A DNA stretch of 64,000 nt from Lama glama. Its lineage: Eukaryota. The translations under genes and the position numbers were made by a program. The notes beneath the pieces were generated by a model. It was not told where the DNA came from. It searched no databases and saw only the letters and a program-made list of their open reading frames with translations. Positions 50,860 through 62,819 of this stretch are shown in pieces. The DNA lies in assembly GCA_028534125.1 (NCBI GenBank), contig CM052816.1, positions 60,080,001 through 60,144,000 on the forward strand. The letters are read 5' to 3'. The stretch's first letter is position 1. Every line of letters starts with the position of its first letter.

Positions 50860-51480
50860 CCTCCAGTTACCCACTCCCACCTGTCCTCCTCAAGGCCAAT
50901 GCACGGATCTTTCTAAGAAGCAGACATGGCCAAGCTATAACCTCAGCTCACAATATTTCACTGGCATCCCACCCTGCACAGGATAAACACAAGCACCTAG
51001 CCTCACACATGCACAAGACCCTTCTTGATCTGACAACCACCTTCCCTACCCCTCTCCTGCCACTCCCCACCTCACATGTGACAACACTAAATTATTTTTG
51101 AAGTTTCTGTAATATCCATGCTCCTCACACTTTGCACTCTCCTGCATGCATTCCGGCTCCTACTCCATTACTTCCAGTTTGTGGTCCTGGGAAACTTCTA
51201 CTCTTCCTGTCAGTTTCAACTCAAATGCTGTCTCCTCTGGGCAACTTTTCTGATTCATAGGTGAACTTGGGCTCTCCGCTCTGGGCTATTTTCACACAGG
51301 GAATTTTGTCCCAAATGAAAATGACTTTAACAGTGCCACCTCACCATTATTTGTTTCTCTGTCTGCCAGCTGGACCTCAGCAGGTCCTGGAAGGCATGCT
51401 GTATGAAAGGGCTGGGGTCTTCCATCCTCCTATCCAAAGAGTCTTTGGCAAAACACTAGGTGTTTAATAAATTTGGGTGA
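50860..51480 (+). mobile_element. L2 fragment
   Basis: GATCTTTCTAA...CAGGATAAAC...CAACTCAAATGCTGTCTCCTCTGGG...TAGGTGTTTAATAAAT. Confidence 0.55.
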
Positions 51481-53544
51481 CTTGGTCTAAGGAGCTACTT
51501 TGCCCTGAGCAGAGCTGTTGGTTGAGGGCCTTAAGGATGAGAATTAGTGACCCTCATCTTCCCCCATTCTGATTTTATGGCTCAGGCATTGAGTTAATGG
51601 TAAATGTTCTCATTGTTTCGGTTAGCTGGAACATTATGTAAACCCAACATCAGGCGGCTGTTTGACTGGCGACAAACAATTCTGCATTCCAGAGCATGCT
51701 GACCCTGTGGCCAATTTGTTTTGTTTGCTTTTCACTAACAAAGAGCCTCTCATTTAAACTTCTGAAAGTTAAGCCGTGTTCTTCATTCCATCTTGCCCTC
51801 CCTCATACAAATGTCAGTGTGTGTGCGTGAGAGAGACACAGGCAGAGACAGAGAGAAACTGAGAAGCCATGGAATTAGCAGGCCACCATGCTTCAAACTA
51901 ACTCTCATGCCCAACCCAAAGAAGGACTGCATAAAGCACAAGGGATTGGGCATCAGGTCCAAAAGGCCACGGTGGGGTGCCACTAGTCTTAGCAGACCAC
52001 CTGCTTTCAAAGTATTAACAAACATGGGCAACATCCTGGCCAGTTTTCCACTCCATATTATCTCCATTTTAGAGAGAGACATTATCCTTTCCAATCAGCT
52101 GAGTCCAGACAATTAGATATGCTTAACCTTCTGGTCATGGTCAACACTCAGTTAACGGCAGCATTAGGAGTTCTCCAAGGAGTTTAGGCTAATTTTCCAC
52201 AATCTAAGAATCTTCTGTATTGTGAATAAGTTTCTGTGGTTTCTAAGGATGACATGCTGACATAGCTGCAATATCACTTACTGTTATAACTGGTAAATTT
52301 TCAACCATTACCCATTCCCAGAAGAGACCTTCATTCGTGGTTCTGTGCTGGGAGGGATGCACAGGCTGTGAGCAGGTTCATGCTAATAGTCTACAGACGG
52401 CAGGATGAAGGTGAAGAAGCATTTTGTGCAGGGTCTAGACTCCTCCCCCTGGCTGCTGTCATTGTTTTCATTTGTCTGGTTTGAACCAAAGCCAGCTGAA
52501 TCTCCTCCAAGTTCCAGTCTTGGTCAGATCTCAGGAGACAGCCTGTCTGGTTGTTCAAAAAAAAAAAATCTGCCTGAATATACACCCCAACTTGGAGTCA
52601 TGGCAGATCACTGATGCCTTGTGACCCCAGCAAGTGTCCCCATCCATGATGGAGGGGAGGGGCAGCAACATTAAGTGCTGTAATCGCCACATCTGAGGTT
52701 ACTGAAGTCTGAATAAGAAGTCCTGTGAGCAGACGGCGAGGCTGCACAGCCGGTTTCTGTCTTGCACAATCAGCCTCTCCCGCCAGACATCTATGTCGTC
52801 TTCATTTTCTCCCCTGTTTACTCATGGGCGTCTCCTCTTGGTGCCTTGAAGCACTTTTGATTGTCGGCTACTAATTTGTGAGCAGAGAATGGGCCCGACC
52901 CTGACCAGTTCCCGGAAAAGACAGGAGAAAACTAGAAGAGAGGTCTTCACTCACCAGGAGCTTATAATCCAGAGGTGGAAACAAACATGACAACATTAAA
53001 AATGGAATTGAGATATGAAATTACTGTACTGTATGCATATATTCCTGGCCTTTTGATCAATACATTTTTTTCTGCAAATGGGTGAGATCATCTTTATATC
53101 AGCATTTAAGACCTGTTCATGAAGTGGGCAGAGGTGGGGTGGAATATACTCTACTATAATCTACTCTTAAAACATTTAAAAACATTTAAAAATTGAACTA
53201 TAGTGACTTCAAATATTTTTCACTTAATTTCAGTGTGGCTTTTTAATTTAGCGAAAAAAAATTTCCATCAAATTTACTATTTAAAATTTTTGTTTAAATA
53301 TGTAAGAATACACTTTTTTAACATATGCTCTTTTTCTTCTCTCTCTCTCCTTATATCTCTCTATACACATGTGCTTATGTATAGCTACATCTATATATCT
53401 ATATGCATATAGGTATATAGATAGAGATTCATACACCTGTTTTTCTGTTCTACCAGGAACCTTTGAGAAAATTTTAATGCTAATCTCCAAACACTAATAT
53501 AACAGAGATATGTTGTAATTACTACTATAAACAACTTAGTAAAG

Positions 53545-53715
53545 AGGCAGCTAAGTGTGGTAGAAAGAGCATAGGCACTGGAGAAAGGAAGGATGAGTTT
53601 AACCTGCTCCTTTCTCATTACGTGAACTTGAAAAAGAATAATAATCCTTATCTCATGGGGTTTTTTTTATGGGGGAAAAGGATGAATGTACATGAAGTAT
53701 ATAGCACAGTATAAA
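53545..53715 (+). mobile_element. MIR fragment
   Basis: GAGGCAGCTAAGTGTGGTAGAAAGAGCATAGGCACTGGAG. Confidence 0.55.
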
Positions 53716-54119
53716 TATGGTGTTTTAAGCTGCCTTGTATACTTTTGGGGATTAGGTATAAATCATTAAAAACCATGATAACTTAACTCTCTGTTTTTAG
53801 AAGTTAATATGCTTTTATTAATTAGCTGCACTATCTTTAATGATGAAATCATGCTTTCAGGTCTTATCTGGAGACATGTGATAACCAGACACCTGTAATG
53901 GGACAGTTTAATCAAAGTCAATAGAAATAGCTTTGAAGAGGACTTGTGTGTTTAATGGAGGTTGAACTAGGAGGGATACGTTCTGACCAAGGGAATGGAG
54001 AGGACATTCTGCATAAGCACATGAGTGAGAAGAAAAGAACAGGAAAAATCTGGAGATAAAAGAAGTCAAATCTGTCAACTCAAATAGAAACTCTGGAGTC
54101 CCTGCAGACTGATGGCATG

Positions 54120-54370
54120 ATACAGTGCAATGCTCACAGTCTTGGCAACCAGCTGGTTCCAAATTCCTGGTCAGCCACTGGTAACTGGGTGACCCTGGGC
54201 AAGGCATGTGACCTTTCTGAATCTCCACTTCATCGTGGCAAAATCGGTAATAAAATCCCTACCAGCATGGAAGGCTAGAGATGATCTATGGAGAACGCAT
54301 GACACAATGCCCTTTCCAAAGAGATGTCTTATAAATAGCTCATTATTACCTCCTACTTATCATTAACTAT
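54120..54370 (+). mobile_element. MIR fragment
   Basis: GGTTCCAAATTCCTGG...CTGGGTGACCCTGGGCAAG...ACCTTTCTGAATCTC...ATAAATAGCTCATTATTA. Confidence 0.6.
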
Positions 54371-54646
54371 TGTCATTGCCTAACACCAGTGAAAAGCAAA
54401 TCCATACATAACAAACTAATACTAGCCAACTACCTAGCTAAAATAAGAGCAAATACTGATGAGCAAGAAAATAAACAACAGACAACAAACAAAAAATCTT
54501 TCTGTAGCCCTAGCAAGATCAACCAAGAAAAAAATAGAAAGGCTAATAATAGTATAAAAAATGTTTTGATATGCCCACAAAGAATGGCCTTTAGAAGACC
54601 TGGTAGCTAAATATCAAGAAACCAGAGTTCACCAGCTATAACTTAC

Positions 54647-54757
54647 CACCTTCAGCAATTGCAGCTATGTTCCAGTGCAGAGTCGCTGAAATAGAACCAG
54701 ATCGAAAAAAAGCTTGGCTACCAAACCAGAACTGCAGTCAAGAAATCCAGTATGTAC
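54647..54757 (-). other. Candidate (unverified) exon of a minus-strand transcript
   Basis: Donor GTG|GTAAGT at 54647/54646. Two possible acceptors: TTTTCCCATCAG| (111-nt exon, stops in all frames) or TTCTATTTCAG| (39-nt exon 54647-54685). Non-repeat sequence. Confidence 0.25.
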
Positions 54758-55470
54758 CTGATGGGAAAAGCACCAAATGATACCTTTTCTGTGGAGAAGA
54801 TTAATGTGCTGATGTGGGAAGTGAGACTCTGCCCACGGGAAAGGAGTATCCAATTAGAGTCAGGGAGGTTTTCTTTCTACCAGAGTTCCCCCAAGATCGC
54901 CCACAGTACAATAGTGATCAATGGTAGGACAGTGCTTAGAAGCTGATTGCTCCAAAAAAAAAAAAAAACAGGGAAAATACATAAAACCACAACAACTGGG
55001 ACCCACAACATTTCTTATGAATTTCCCTGCAAAATTTCTGTTCCTGCAGGGGCTAAAGAGTTGGAATCATTTCAGGAAAGACACAACCTGTTGGGGGGTC
55101 CTGGATGCCAGATACTGGACAGCAGCATCAGCCCAAAACACATAGTAAAACAAGGAAGCAAAAACCATAAGCTAAGCCCCAGAATCATTTAAAGCAGTAA
55201 CACCATCTCCTAAATTCTATAAAATAAGAATAAATACATTGTACGCACTGATTACACAAAGCCTCCCTGTGTTCTTTAAACAGCTCTACTGTGTAGCCTG
55301 AAAATGTATGTTCTAACTATAAAGAGTTTTAAACATGTAATTGGCAATAATTGTCTTCCTGGAATTCAGAAGAGTTTTTGAGGGAATGCTACAAATGACC
55401 TGACAAAACTAAACAAGTACAAACTCCAGACCGAGAGGTTTGTGCTGTGTCTTCTTACTCTCATCACATT

Positions 55471-55777
55471 CGTAAAATTAATTTCACAAGGAGGCCATTA
55501 GACTGAGATGGCTTTAATGCTGTATTGCAGCAATAATGCTTGGCTCCTATATAAACAAACCAAAATCTAAGCCTGTAAATGCCTCAAGGTTAAGAAATCT
55601 AAACTCAAGGATGACCAATCACAAACAGTCAAGTAGGCTTTCCCAAGTAAGGCAACGGCTTGAGCTACAGCCAATCAAATAATTTCCTTGCTTTGCTTCT
55701 GGCTTTTCTCTATAGAAGTCTTGCTTCTAGCTCCTAACTACCTCTGATTTGTCTCTGCCTCAGTTTATCTTTTAGCA
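55471..55777 (+). mobile_element. ERV1 (MER4-group, LTR54-like) solo LTR
   Basis: (C/T)GTAAAATTAATTT...GGAGGCCATTAGACTGAGATGGCT...AAACAAACCAAAATCTAA...TTTAGCA. Exact 4-bp TSD CATT (55467-55470 / 55778-55781). Two CCAAT boxes. Confidence 0.75.
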
Positions 55778-55814
55778 CATTCAAACCCAGTTCTAAACAC
55801 CATCCTAGCTTATT

Positions 55815-55935
55815 GGCACGATCTCTGACATTTAAAAGGGGAAAGTGTTTTAGAGACCATCTGGCCCACCCCACCCCAACTCTCACCCCAGCACAGTTTA
55901 AAATAAGGGAGCTAAGACTCAGGGAGGTCAAGGGA
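55815..55935 (-). mobile_element. MIR fragment
   Basis: TTTAGAGACCATCTGGCCCA...AAATAAGGGAGCTAAGACTCAGGGAGGTCAAG. Confidence 0.5.
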
Positions 55936-57070
55936 CAGCCATAATCATAATGATGTCAGGGTTTATCCCTCCATGAAAGCTAACCAAATCATTTTAACAA
56001 CACAACTATATCCACGTAGGTTACCACTCAGCATATATGAGCAACTAATGTAACTCATGATTCATGGAAAAACTAAACTTAAAGTTAAAATGATGTATCA
56101 TGTTCAGTCGCATGAGAAATCTATTATTTTGAAGGTTTCCACAAATGCGCTGAAATTCGGATGTTTATATCAGACCAAAGACAATTTGGAAACAGAAAGT
56201 GTTCTTAGTCACATGAAGCTTATAGTGACAGCCAGTCCTCCAAGCAATTAACACATTATAGAAATGCATTTTTAGTTGTAATTTTATAGGACTGTATTAA
56301 GCAACTTTAAAGATATTTCATTAAAATGAATATTTCACTAAAAAGACTAGAATTCTGAAATCCAATTACAGCTTCCTTTACTTCCTCTCCTCCCCCACAC
56401 CCTCTAAGCCACCATCAGTCCACACTCCATTCTGACCCCACTTGCCCAACATAAGCCCACAGGATCCATCATCACAATACCCTGGGCCTTCTGAGAAAAT
56501 CATTCTGGTTTCTCCCTCGGTCTCTCTGATACAAATCTGCAAGTCCCTCTCTAAGTTCTGGTGGTCCTTTTGTATGCCTTACTTCCTCTCCTTTTACTTC
56601 CTCGTAATACCAGCAGCAAAGTGATTTCATATTGCAGCCTAAATCCTACCCAAAATCCACAAGAAGAATTGAGCCATTTACTAGAGATACCAATTTATCA
56701 GGAGGTGCACTCAACCAACACAAGAAGAAGTTGGCAGCACTTTGCCAGTGAATTCAGCTTTCCTCAAGAAACTTTTCACATACCTGGCCAGACGGAAGCC
56801 CACTCCTGGCTCCCACCAACACAGATATCAAAGCATCCCACATGGCACTGCCTTTTCTCTGCTGTGCACTTTAGCAAGTTACATGGTTTGCCCACAGAGT
56901 CACAGATTTTGAGATCAGCTGATAAAACAGACCAGATCAGCACTAAGGGGCCAACGAATGGATGAAACTACAGGATGCAGACTGTAGTATTTACCAGTAA
57001 CAGGTGATTCACATTATTATCTCAATTTAAAGCACTGACCTAAGACTTCTAGGAAGTTGTCTGGTTCAGG

Positions 57071-57101
57071 AAAAAAAAAAAAAAGAGAGAGAGAGAGAGA
57101 A
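57071..57101. repeat. Poly(A)/(GA)n simple repeat
   Basis: A14 followed by a GA dinucleotide run. Confidence 0.9.
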
Positions 57102-57618
57102 ATTAAATATAAATGGGATATGTTTTGCTATCATGTAAGTCAGGAGACAAAACTTTTAAATACATTTTGAACAATGTTTTCCAACTGTTCATGTATTTTT
57201 TCCTGTACTTAATAAATAGGAGTACCTGTCACTACAGAAAATATGTGAGGTGAGAGACAATTTCAAGTAAGTATAACTGTTATGCTACATTCAGGGTATA
57301 TAATAAACCCTAATTTTTAAATATAAACACAGGCATGCAATTTTTTAAAGAGAAAATCAGCTTCTTCTTGCCATCAAAAAACAACTACTGGACAAATATT
57401 TAAGGAATATCTACCTGAAGGCTGACAAACTATAGCCCTGCCCCCAATACCCCCCGCCCCTCCCTCCACATGTGCTGGTCCTGCCCAGGCCTTGCCCCAT
57501 TTTATTAGCATGTCCACACATAACCTGAATCCTAACTCCTCTCCTGCACTCCCTCCTCTCCACTGCAAAGTTGCCTCCCTTGCTACTTCTGTCTGTTGCT
57601 TCTCCTATTTCAAAAGTA

Positions 57619-58130
57619 GTGAGGATGTGTTCTAACTTCACCGATTAACATGCAGCTGTCTAGCTTTTCCAACACCACTTACTGAAGAGACTGTCTTTTT
57701 TCCATTGTATATTCTTGCCCCCTCTGTCAAAGATTAACTGGCTCTTGGTATGTGAGTTTATTTCTGGGCTCTCTACTCTGTTCCATTGATCCATATGTCT
57801 GTTTTTGTGCCAATTCCATGTTGGTTTGATTAGTGTCACTCTGTAGTATTGTCTGAAGTCTGAGAGGGTTATTCCTTCAGCTTTGTTCTTTTTCTTCAGT
57901 TGCTTTGGCAATTCTGGGTCTTTGGTGATTCCATATAAATTTTAGCATTATTTGTTCTAGTTTTGTGAACAATGTCCTGGGTAATTTGACCTGGACCACA
58001 TTAAATCTGTAGATTGCTTTGGGTAGTATGGCAATTTTAACAATATTAATTCTTCCAACCCAAGAGCATGGGATATCTTTCTATTTCTTTAAATCATCTT
58101 TAATTTCCTTAATCAATGTTTTATAGTTCT
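57619..58130 (-). mobile_element. Inverted 5' segment of a twin-primed camelid L1 (ORF2)
   Basis: The minus-strand ORF 57660-57911 ([17 protein letters not shown]...WHKNRHMDQWNRVESPEIN...KDSLFSKWCW) is L1 ORF2 sequence immediately upstream of where the plus-strand segment begins. Confidence 0.9.
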
Positions 58131-59416
58131 TCAAGAACACACCCTCACACCATACACAAAAATAAACTCAAAATGGCTTAAAGACTTAAACATAAGACCA
58201 GACACTGTAAACCTCTTAGAAGAAAACATAGGCAAAACATTCTCTGACATAAATCTTAGCAATGTTCTCCTAGGCCAGTCTACCCAGGCAATAGAAATAT
58301 AAGCAAAAATAAACAAATGGGACCTAACTAAACTTATAAGCTTTTCCACAGTAAAAGAAACTATAAACAAAACAAAAATACAACCTACTGGAATGGGATA
58401 AACATTTGCAGATGATGTGACTGACCAAGGGCTTAATTTCCAGAATATACAAACAGCTTATACAACTTACTAACAAAAAAAAAAAACAACCCAATCCAAA
58501 AATGGGTAGAATAACTAAACAAGCATTTCTCCAATAAAAATATACAAATGACTAACAGGCACATGAAAAGATGCTCAATATCATTAATTATCATAGAATG
58601 GGAATCAAAACTATAATGAGGTACCACCTCACACCAGTCAGAATGGCCATCATTCAAAATCCCACAAATGATAAAAGCTGGAGAGGGTGTAGAGAAAAGG
58701 GAATCCTCCTACACTATTGGTGGGAATGTAGTTTGATGCAGCCACTGTGGAAAACAGTATGGAGAGTCCTCAAAAGACTAGGAATAGACTTACCATATGA
58801 CCCAGGAATCCCGCTCCTGGGCATATATCCAGAAGGAACCCTACTTCAGGATGACACCTGCACCCCAGTGTTCATAACAGCATTATTTACAATAGCCAAG
58901 ACATGGAAACAGCCTAAATGTCCATCAACAGATGACTGGATAAAGAAGATGTGGTATATTTACACAATGGAATACTACTCAGCCATAAAAACCAACAACA
59001 TAACACCATTTGCAGCAACATGGATGCTCCTGGAGAATGTCATTCTAAGTGAAGTAAGCCAGAAAGAGAAAGAAAAATACCATATGAGAGCGCTCATATG
59101 TGGAATCTAAACAAACAAACAAAGCATAAATACAAAACAGAAATAGACTCACAAACGTAGAATATAAACTTGTGGTTGCCAAGGGGGCGGGGGCCGGGAA
59201 GAGATAGACTGGGATTTCAAAACTGCAGAATAGATAAACAAGATTATACTTTATAACACAGGGAAATATATACAAGATATTATGGTAGCTCAAAGAGAAA
59301 AAAATGTGACCATGAATATATATATGTTCATGTATAACTGAAAAATTGTGCTCTACACTGGAATTTGACACAACATTGTAAAATGATTATAAATTAATAA
59401 AGAATGTTAAAAAAAA
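58131..59416 (+). mobile_element. Camelid L1: ORF2 C-terminus, 3' UTR and poly(A)
   Basis: ORF 58571-59110 ([13 protein letters not shown]...[28 protein letters not shown]...YTMEYYSAIK...SEVSQKEKEKYHM) is the L1 ORF2 cysteine-rich C-terminal region. AATAAA plus A-tail at ~59396-59416. Confidence 0.93.
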
Positions 59417-59949
59417 GAAGTTGTGATATATATATATATATATAGACACACATATACATACATATACATACACACACACACACACACACACAATGGTATG
59501 CTACTCAGCCATAAAAAGGAATGAAATAATGCCATTTGCAGCAAAATGGATGGACCTGGAGATCATCATACTAAGTGAAATAAGTCAGAAGGAGAAATAC
59601 AAATACAATATGATATCACTTATATGTGGAATCTAAAAAATAGACATAAATGAACTTATTTACAAAACAGAAACAGATTCACAGACATAGAAAACAAACT
59701 TACGGTTACCAGTGGGGAAAGGGGCTAGGAAGGAATAAATTGGGAGTTTGAGATTAGTAGATACTAACTACTATATATAAAACAGATAAACAACAAGTTT
59801 CTACTGAATAGCACAGGGAACTGTATTCAATACCTAGTAGTAACCTGTAAAGAAAAGGAATGTATGTATGTACACGTATGACTGAAACATTACACCATAC
59901 ACCAGAAACTGACACATTGTAAACTGACTACACTTCAATAAAAAAAAAA
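59415..59949 (+). mobile_element. Second L1 3' end (artiodactyl type) abutting the first, with internal (TA)n/(CA)n at ~59425-59492
   Basis: CAATGGTATGCTACTCAGCCATAAAAAGGAATGAAATAATGCCATTTGCAGC...ATCACTTATATGTGGAATCT...CTTCAATAAAAAAAAAA. Confidence 0.9.
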
Positions 59950-61059
59950 GGAGAGAGGTTCCTTTCCTTTTCAAACTTGCTTCTTCCTCAGCTCCTATAT
60001 ATAATTTTGGTTTTAATCAATCACTTCCTCCCCCACTTCTTCAGTCTCCTATTCTTTACTTAACTCTTTCCTTTTGGGTAACTCCAGACGGAGCTTTAAT
60101 CTCCATTACCCTAACATACCCATTGTTCTCTTTCCTACTACCCTGATTAATCATCCTTTTGTCTTCTGCACGTCACCTCCAAACTTTCAAAGGAGTAGTC
60201 TACTTGAAAGAGTAAATGACCTCTATTTCCTCATCACTTCCACATGCCTTAACCAAGGGCAAACACACTGACAGCGGAATGAGGCTGGATGCAGGTGAAG
60301 CAACCTGGAGGGAGCAATCCCCTCTCATCTCCCCTACTCTCCACACAAGGGCTCCCCAGCCAACATTCAACCCCTGAGGAATGAGGGCTCTGGATGGCCA
60401 GATCACGTATGTTTGGAATTTAGGATCTTTATGTGAAATCTAAAAATTTCTAAATATTAGCCATTATTTAATTTTTTTAAACACTGGGAAGATGAAGTAA
60501 AACACCTCTTCAGATTGGATTTAGCCTACAGCCCTGAAATTTGCAAATAATGCTTTAAACGTCTGGCTTCTTTAACCCAATACTCTCTAATGACAGTTCT
60601 CTTAAAAGTCATCAGTGACCACTTAGCTGCTATAACCAGTGGCCTTTCTCATTTCATTTTGTTCACCTAGTAGTATGAGTGAGGATTGCTCCTCTTTGCC
60701 ACTGAGGCAATTTGGGGATCAGTATGACATATAGTGCCAGAATGAGCAAGTTACAGGGGCAATCTCATATTTCTTATTTTGGCTTGACACTGGTTCATAT
60801 CAAGAGAAATTTAACTTCTATTTCCAGTTATCCTTCCAATTTTAGATTAGAGATGTTGTTTAGTCACCAGGAAAGCAAGCTCCTTCGTGGCAAAAGAGAT
60901 CTCTTCAAAGACCCTCGCCTCCATCCCGCACCATGGTTCTCTATCCACTGTATTACCTTGGATTTTTCCTCCTCCAGGATTCGGCCCACAGCATCTGATC
61001 CACAAAGTTGCCTCAGACTACGAAGTTTTCATTTTGTTCTCCTTAAAAACAAATGTAAT

Positions 61060-61330
61060 ATTTTTATTGAAACAGGAAGACATCCAACATGGTTAAAATA
61101 ATTCAAACAGAACAAAAGTGTACTAAATAAAAAATCTCCCTCCCACAACATAGTTCCCCAGTTGAGGAATCTCTTGATCTCCTACAACCACTGTACCATT
61201 TCTCTGGGAACTCTTCCAGAAGTTTTCCCTCATTTGCAAATATATATACATGATTACTTTCTTACAGGAATGAAAGAACACAATGCACATTTATGTGCTA
61301 CTTGGTTTTTATTCTTAACAATATTCAATT
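61060..61330 (-). mobile_element. Old L1ME-type 3' UTR fragment
   Basis: TTTTTATTGAA...CATGGTTAAAATAATTCAAACAG...AAATCTCCCTCCCAC...CAACCACTGTA; diverged. Confidence 0.45.
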
Positions 61331-61852
61331 AACGTGTAAATCTAAGTTAATACATTCAAAGTTCTTAGAACAGTGTCTGGCTCATAGTCAATGCTAGAGA
61401 AATGACCCTTCACAAGGAGTCTAACCGAGGACAACCCAGGATTTGAGTTTATACCAATGAGACCCCAAGTGCACACAAGAGAATGCTGCAGTTCTGTTGG
61501 GAAAGCTCAGAGGGACTTCTTTCCACTCACATTCCAGAGACAGGCTCCTCCAAATTTGGCTGTCACCTCTAACCCTGCCACCAGGGCTCACGATCCCCTA
61601 AATGAAGTCACACCTCTCTTCCTCTGATCCCACCGAGTCTCAACAACATAGGCAAGAGTAAAGGCTTCATAACAGGTTTCGCTGCAACCACTTTCAAAAA
61701 CCTGTGAAAAGCGCCTTCTTTCCCTTTAATTCGATTACATGGCAACGAAAAATAAGTCACCCGGATACAAGAGCTGTGTTGAATCAGCACCCCCAGTTTT
61801 GCCCCAGCTGCTCAGCTCTATACTAGGTCAGGGAGTGTTTCTAGAAGGCAAC

Positions 61853-61952
61853 NNNNNNNNNNNNNNNNNNNNNNNNNNNNNNNNNNNNNNNNNNNNNNNN
61901 NNNNNNNNNNNNNNNNNNNNNNNNNNNNNNNNNNNNNNNNNNNNNNNNNNNN
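61853..61952. other. Assembly gap (100 N)
   Basis: Exactly 100 N, flanked by AC on the left and ACACACACA on the right. Confidence 0.99.
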
Positions 61953-62819
61953 ACACACACAGCGCAACTGAAAATGGGAGAGACGCCATCACAGTGGCAG
62001 TCCTGATTCTCATCAGGGGGAGAAACATGAGATCCTTGACCCTTTCATGTTACTCGCTGAGGGGCTCATGTGGGGTGAGAGACTGGGTCAAGACAGACCC
62101 GCCGTAGACAACTGTTTTGCCACTGACTCTCCAGACATTTCCCAAAGCCCTGCAGCACCCGATACCCGGATCGGCATAACTGCACATACACAGGAGTGAG
62201 CTTTCTTTCATAACAGCTGCAGCTTCTCAAGGAATGGCGTTTCTACTGAATGGGTCATATAAACTAGCCCAAAGCCCCCGTCAATGAGAACATTAAAAAT
62301 CCAGGAAGAAGCTGAGTAAACAGGGCACTGTTACCTAAAGTGGTCCCTGGCCAGGCCATCTGGGCCAACAGGGATCCACAGGCTACTGAATGACTTCAAC
62401 TGTTCTGGACCAGAACAGGGAGAAACTTTTGTGAGGGAAAAAACCCCCAAAGGACAGATCAACCTCCTAGAGCCCTGGTTGTGAACAAAAGGCTAGGGTC
62501 AGAAGGGTACCCCATACACTGTGTGGAGGCTCAGACCAACCTCGACAGGAAGGCCAAGGGTGCACTGTGACCCGTGTCACAGATGGAATGTGGGCTGCAG
62601 GCTGAACACTGCACTGAAAGCAAAGCAACCGAGTCTCCCGTGCACAGATGTGAGAGAAAAGAGGGGCGTAAGTTTAGGGGAGGGATCAGACACTCTCCAG
62701 GGAAGGATGGATGACAATTCTGAGCAGCTGTCTGGAAAGTTCAGGGCTGTTGAGCCCGTTCCAGTGACTTTAGGGAATTAAGATGTTTGGGGGTAGGAGT
62801 TTCAGACAAAACTCTCTGT

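Noticed and set aside
52945..52990. Minus-strand donor CTG|GTGAGT
   Set aside because: It lies in an L2-like 3' fragment (CTGGATTATAAGCTCC) with no convincing upstream acceptor.
58571..59110. Longest ORF (179 aa) as a gene
   Set aside because: It is the C-terminus of L1 ORF2 in a truncated, rearranged element, with substitutions at usually conserved cysteines.
61613..61700. Minus-strand exon candidate (CTTTTCACAG|...AGAG|GTGTGA)
   Set aside because: Short pyrimidine tract, weak donor and unrecognised peptides.
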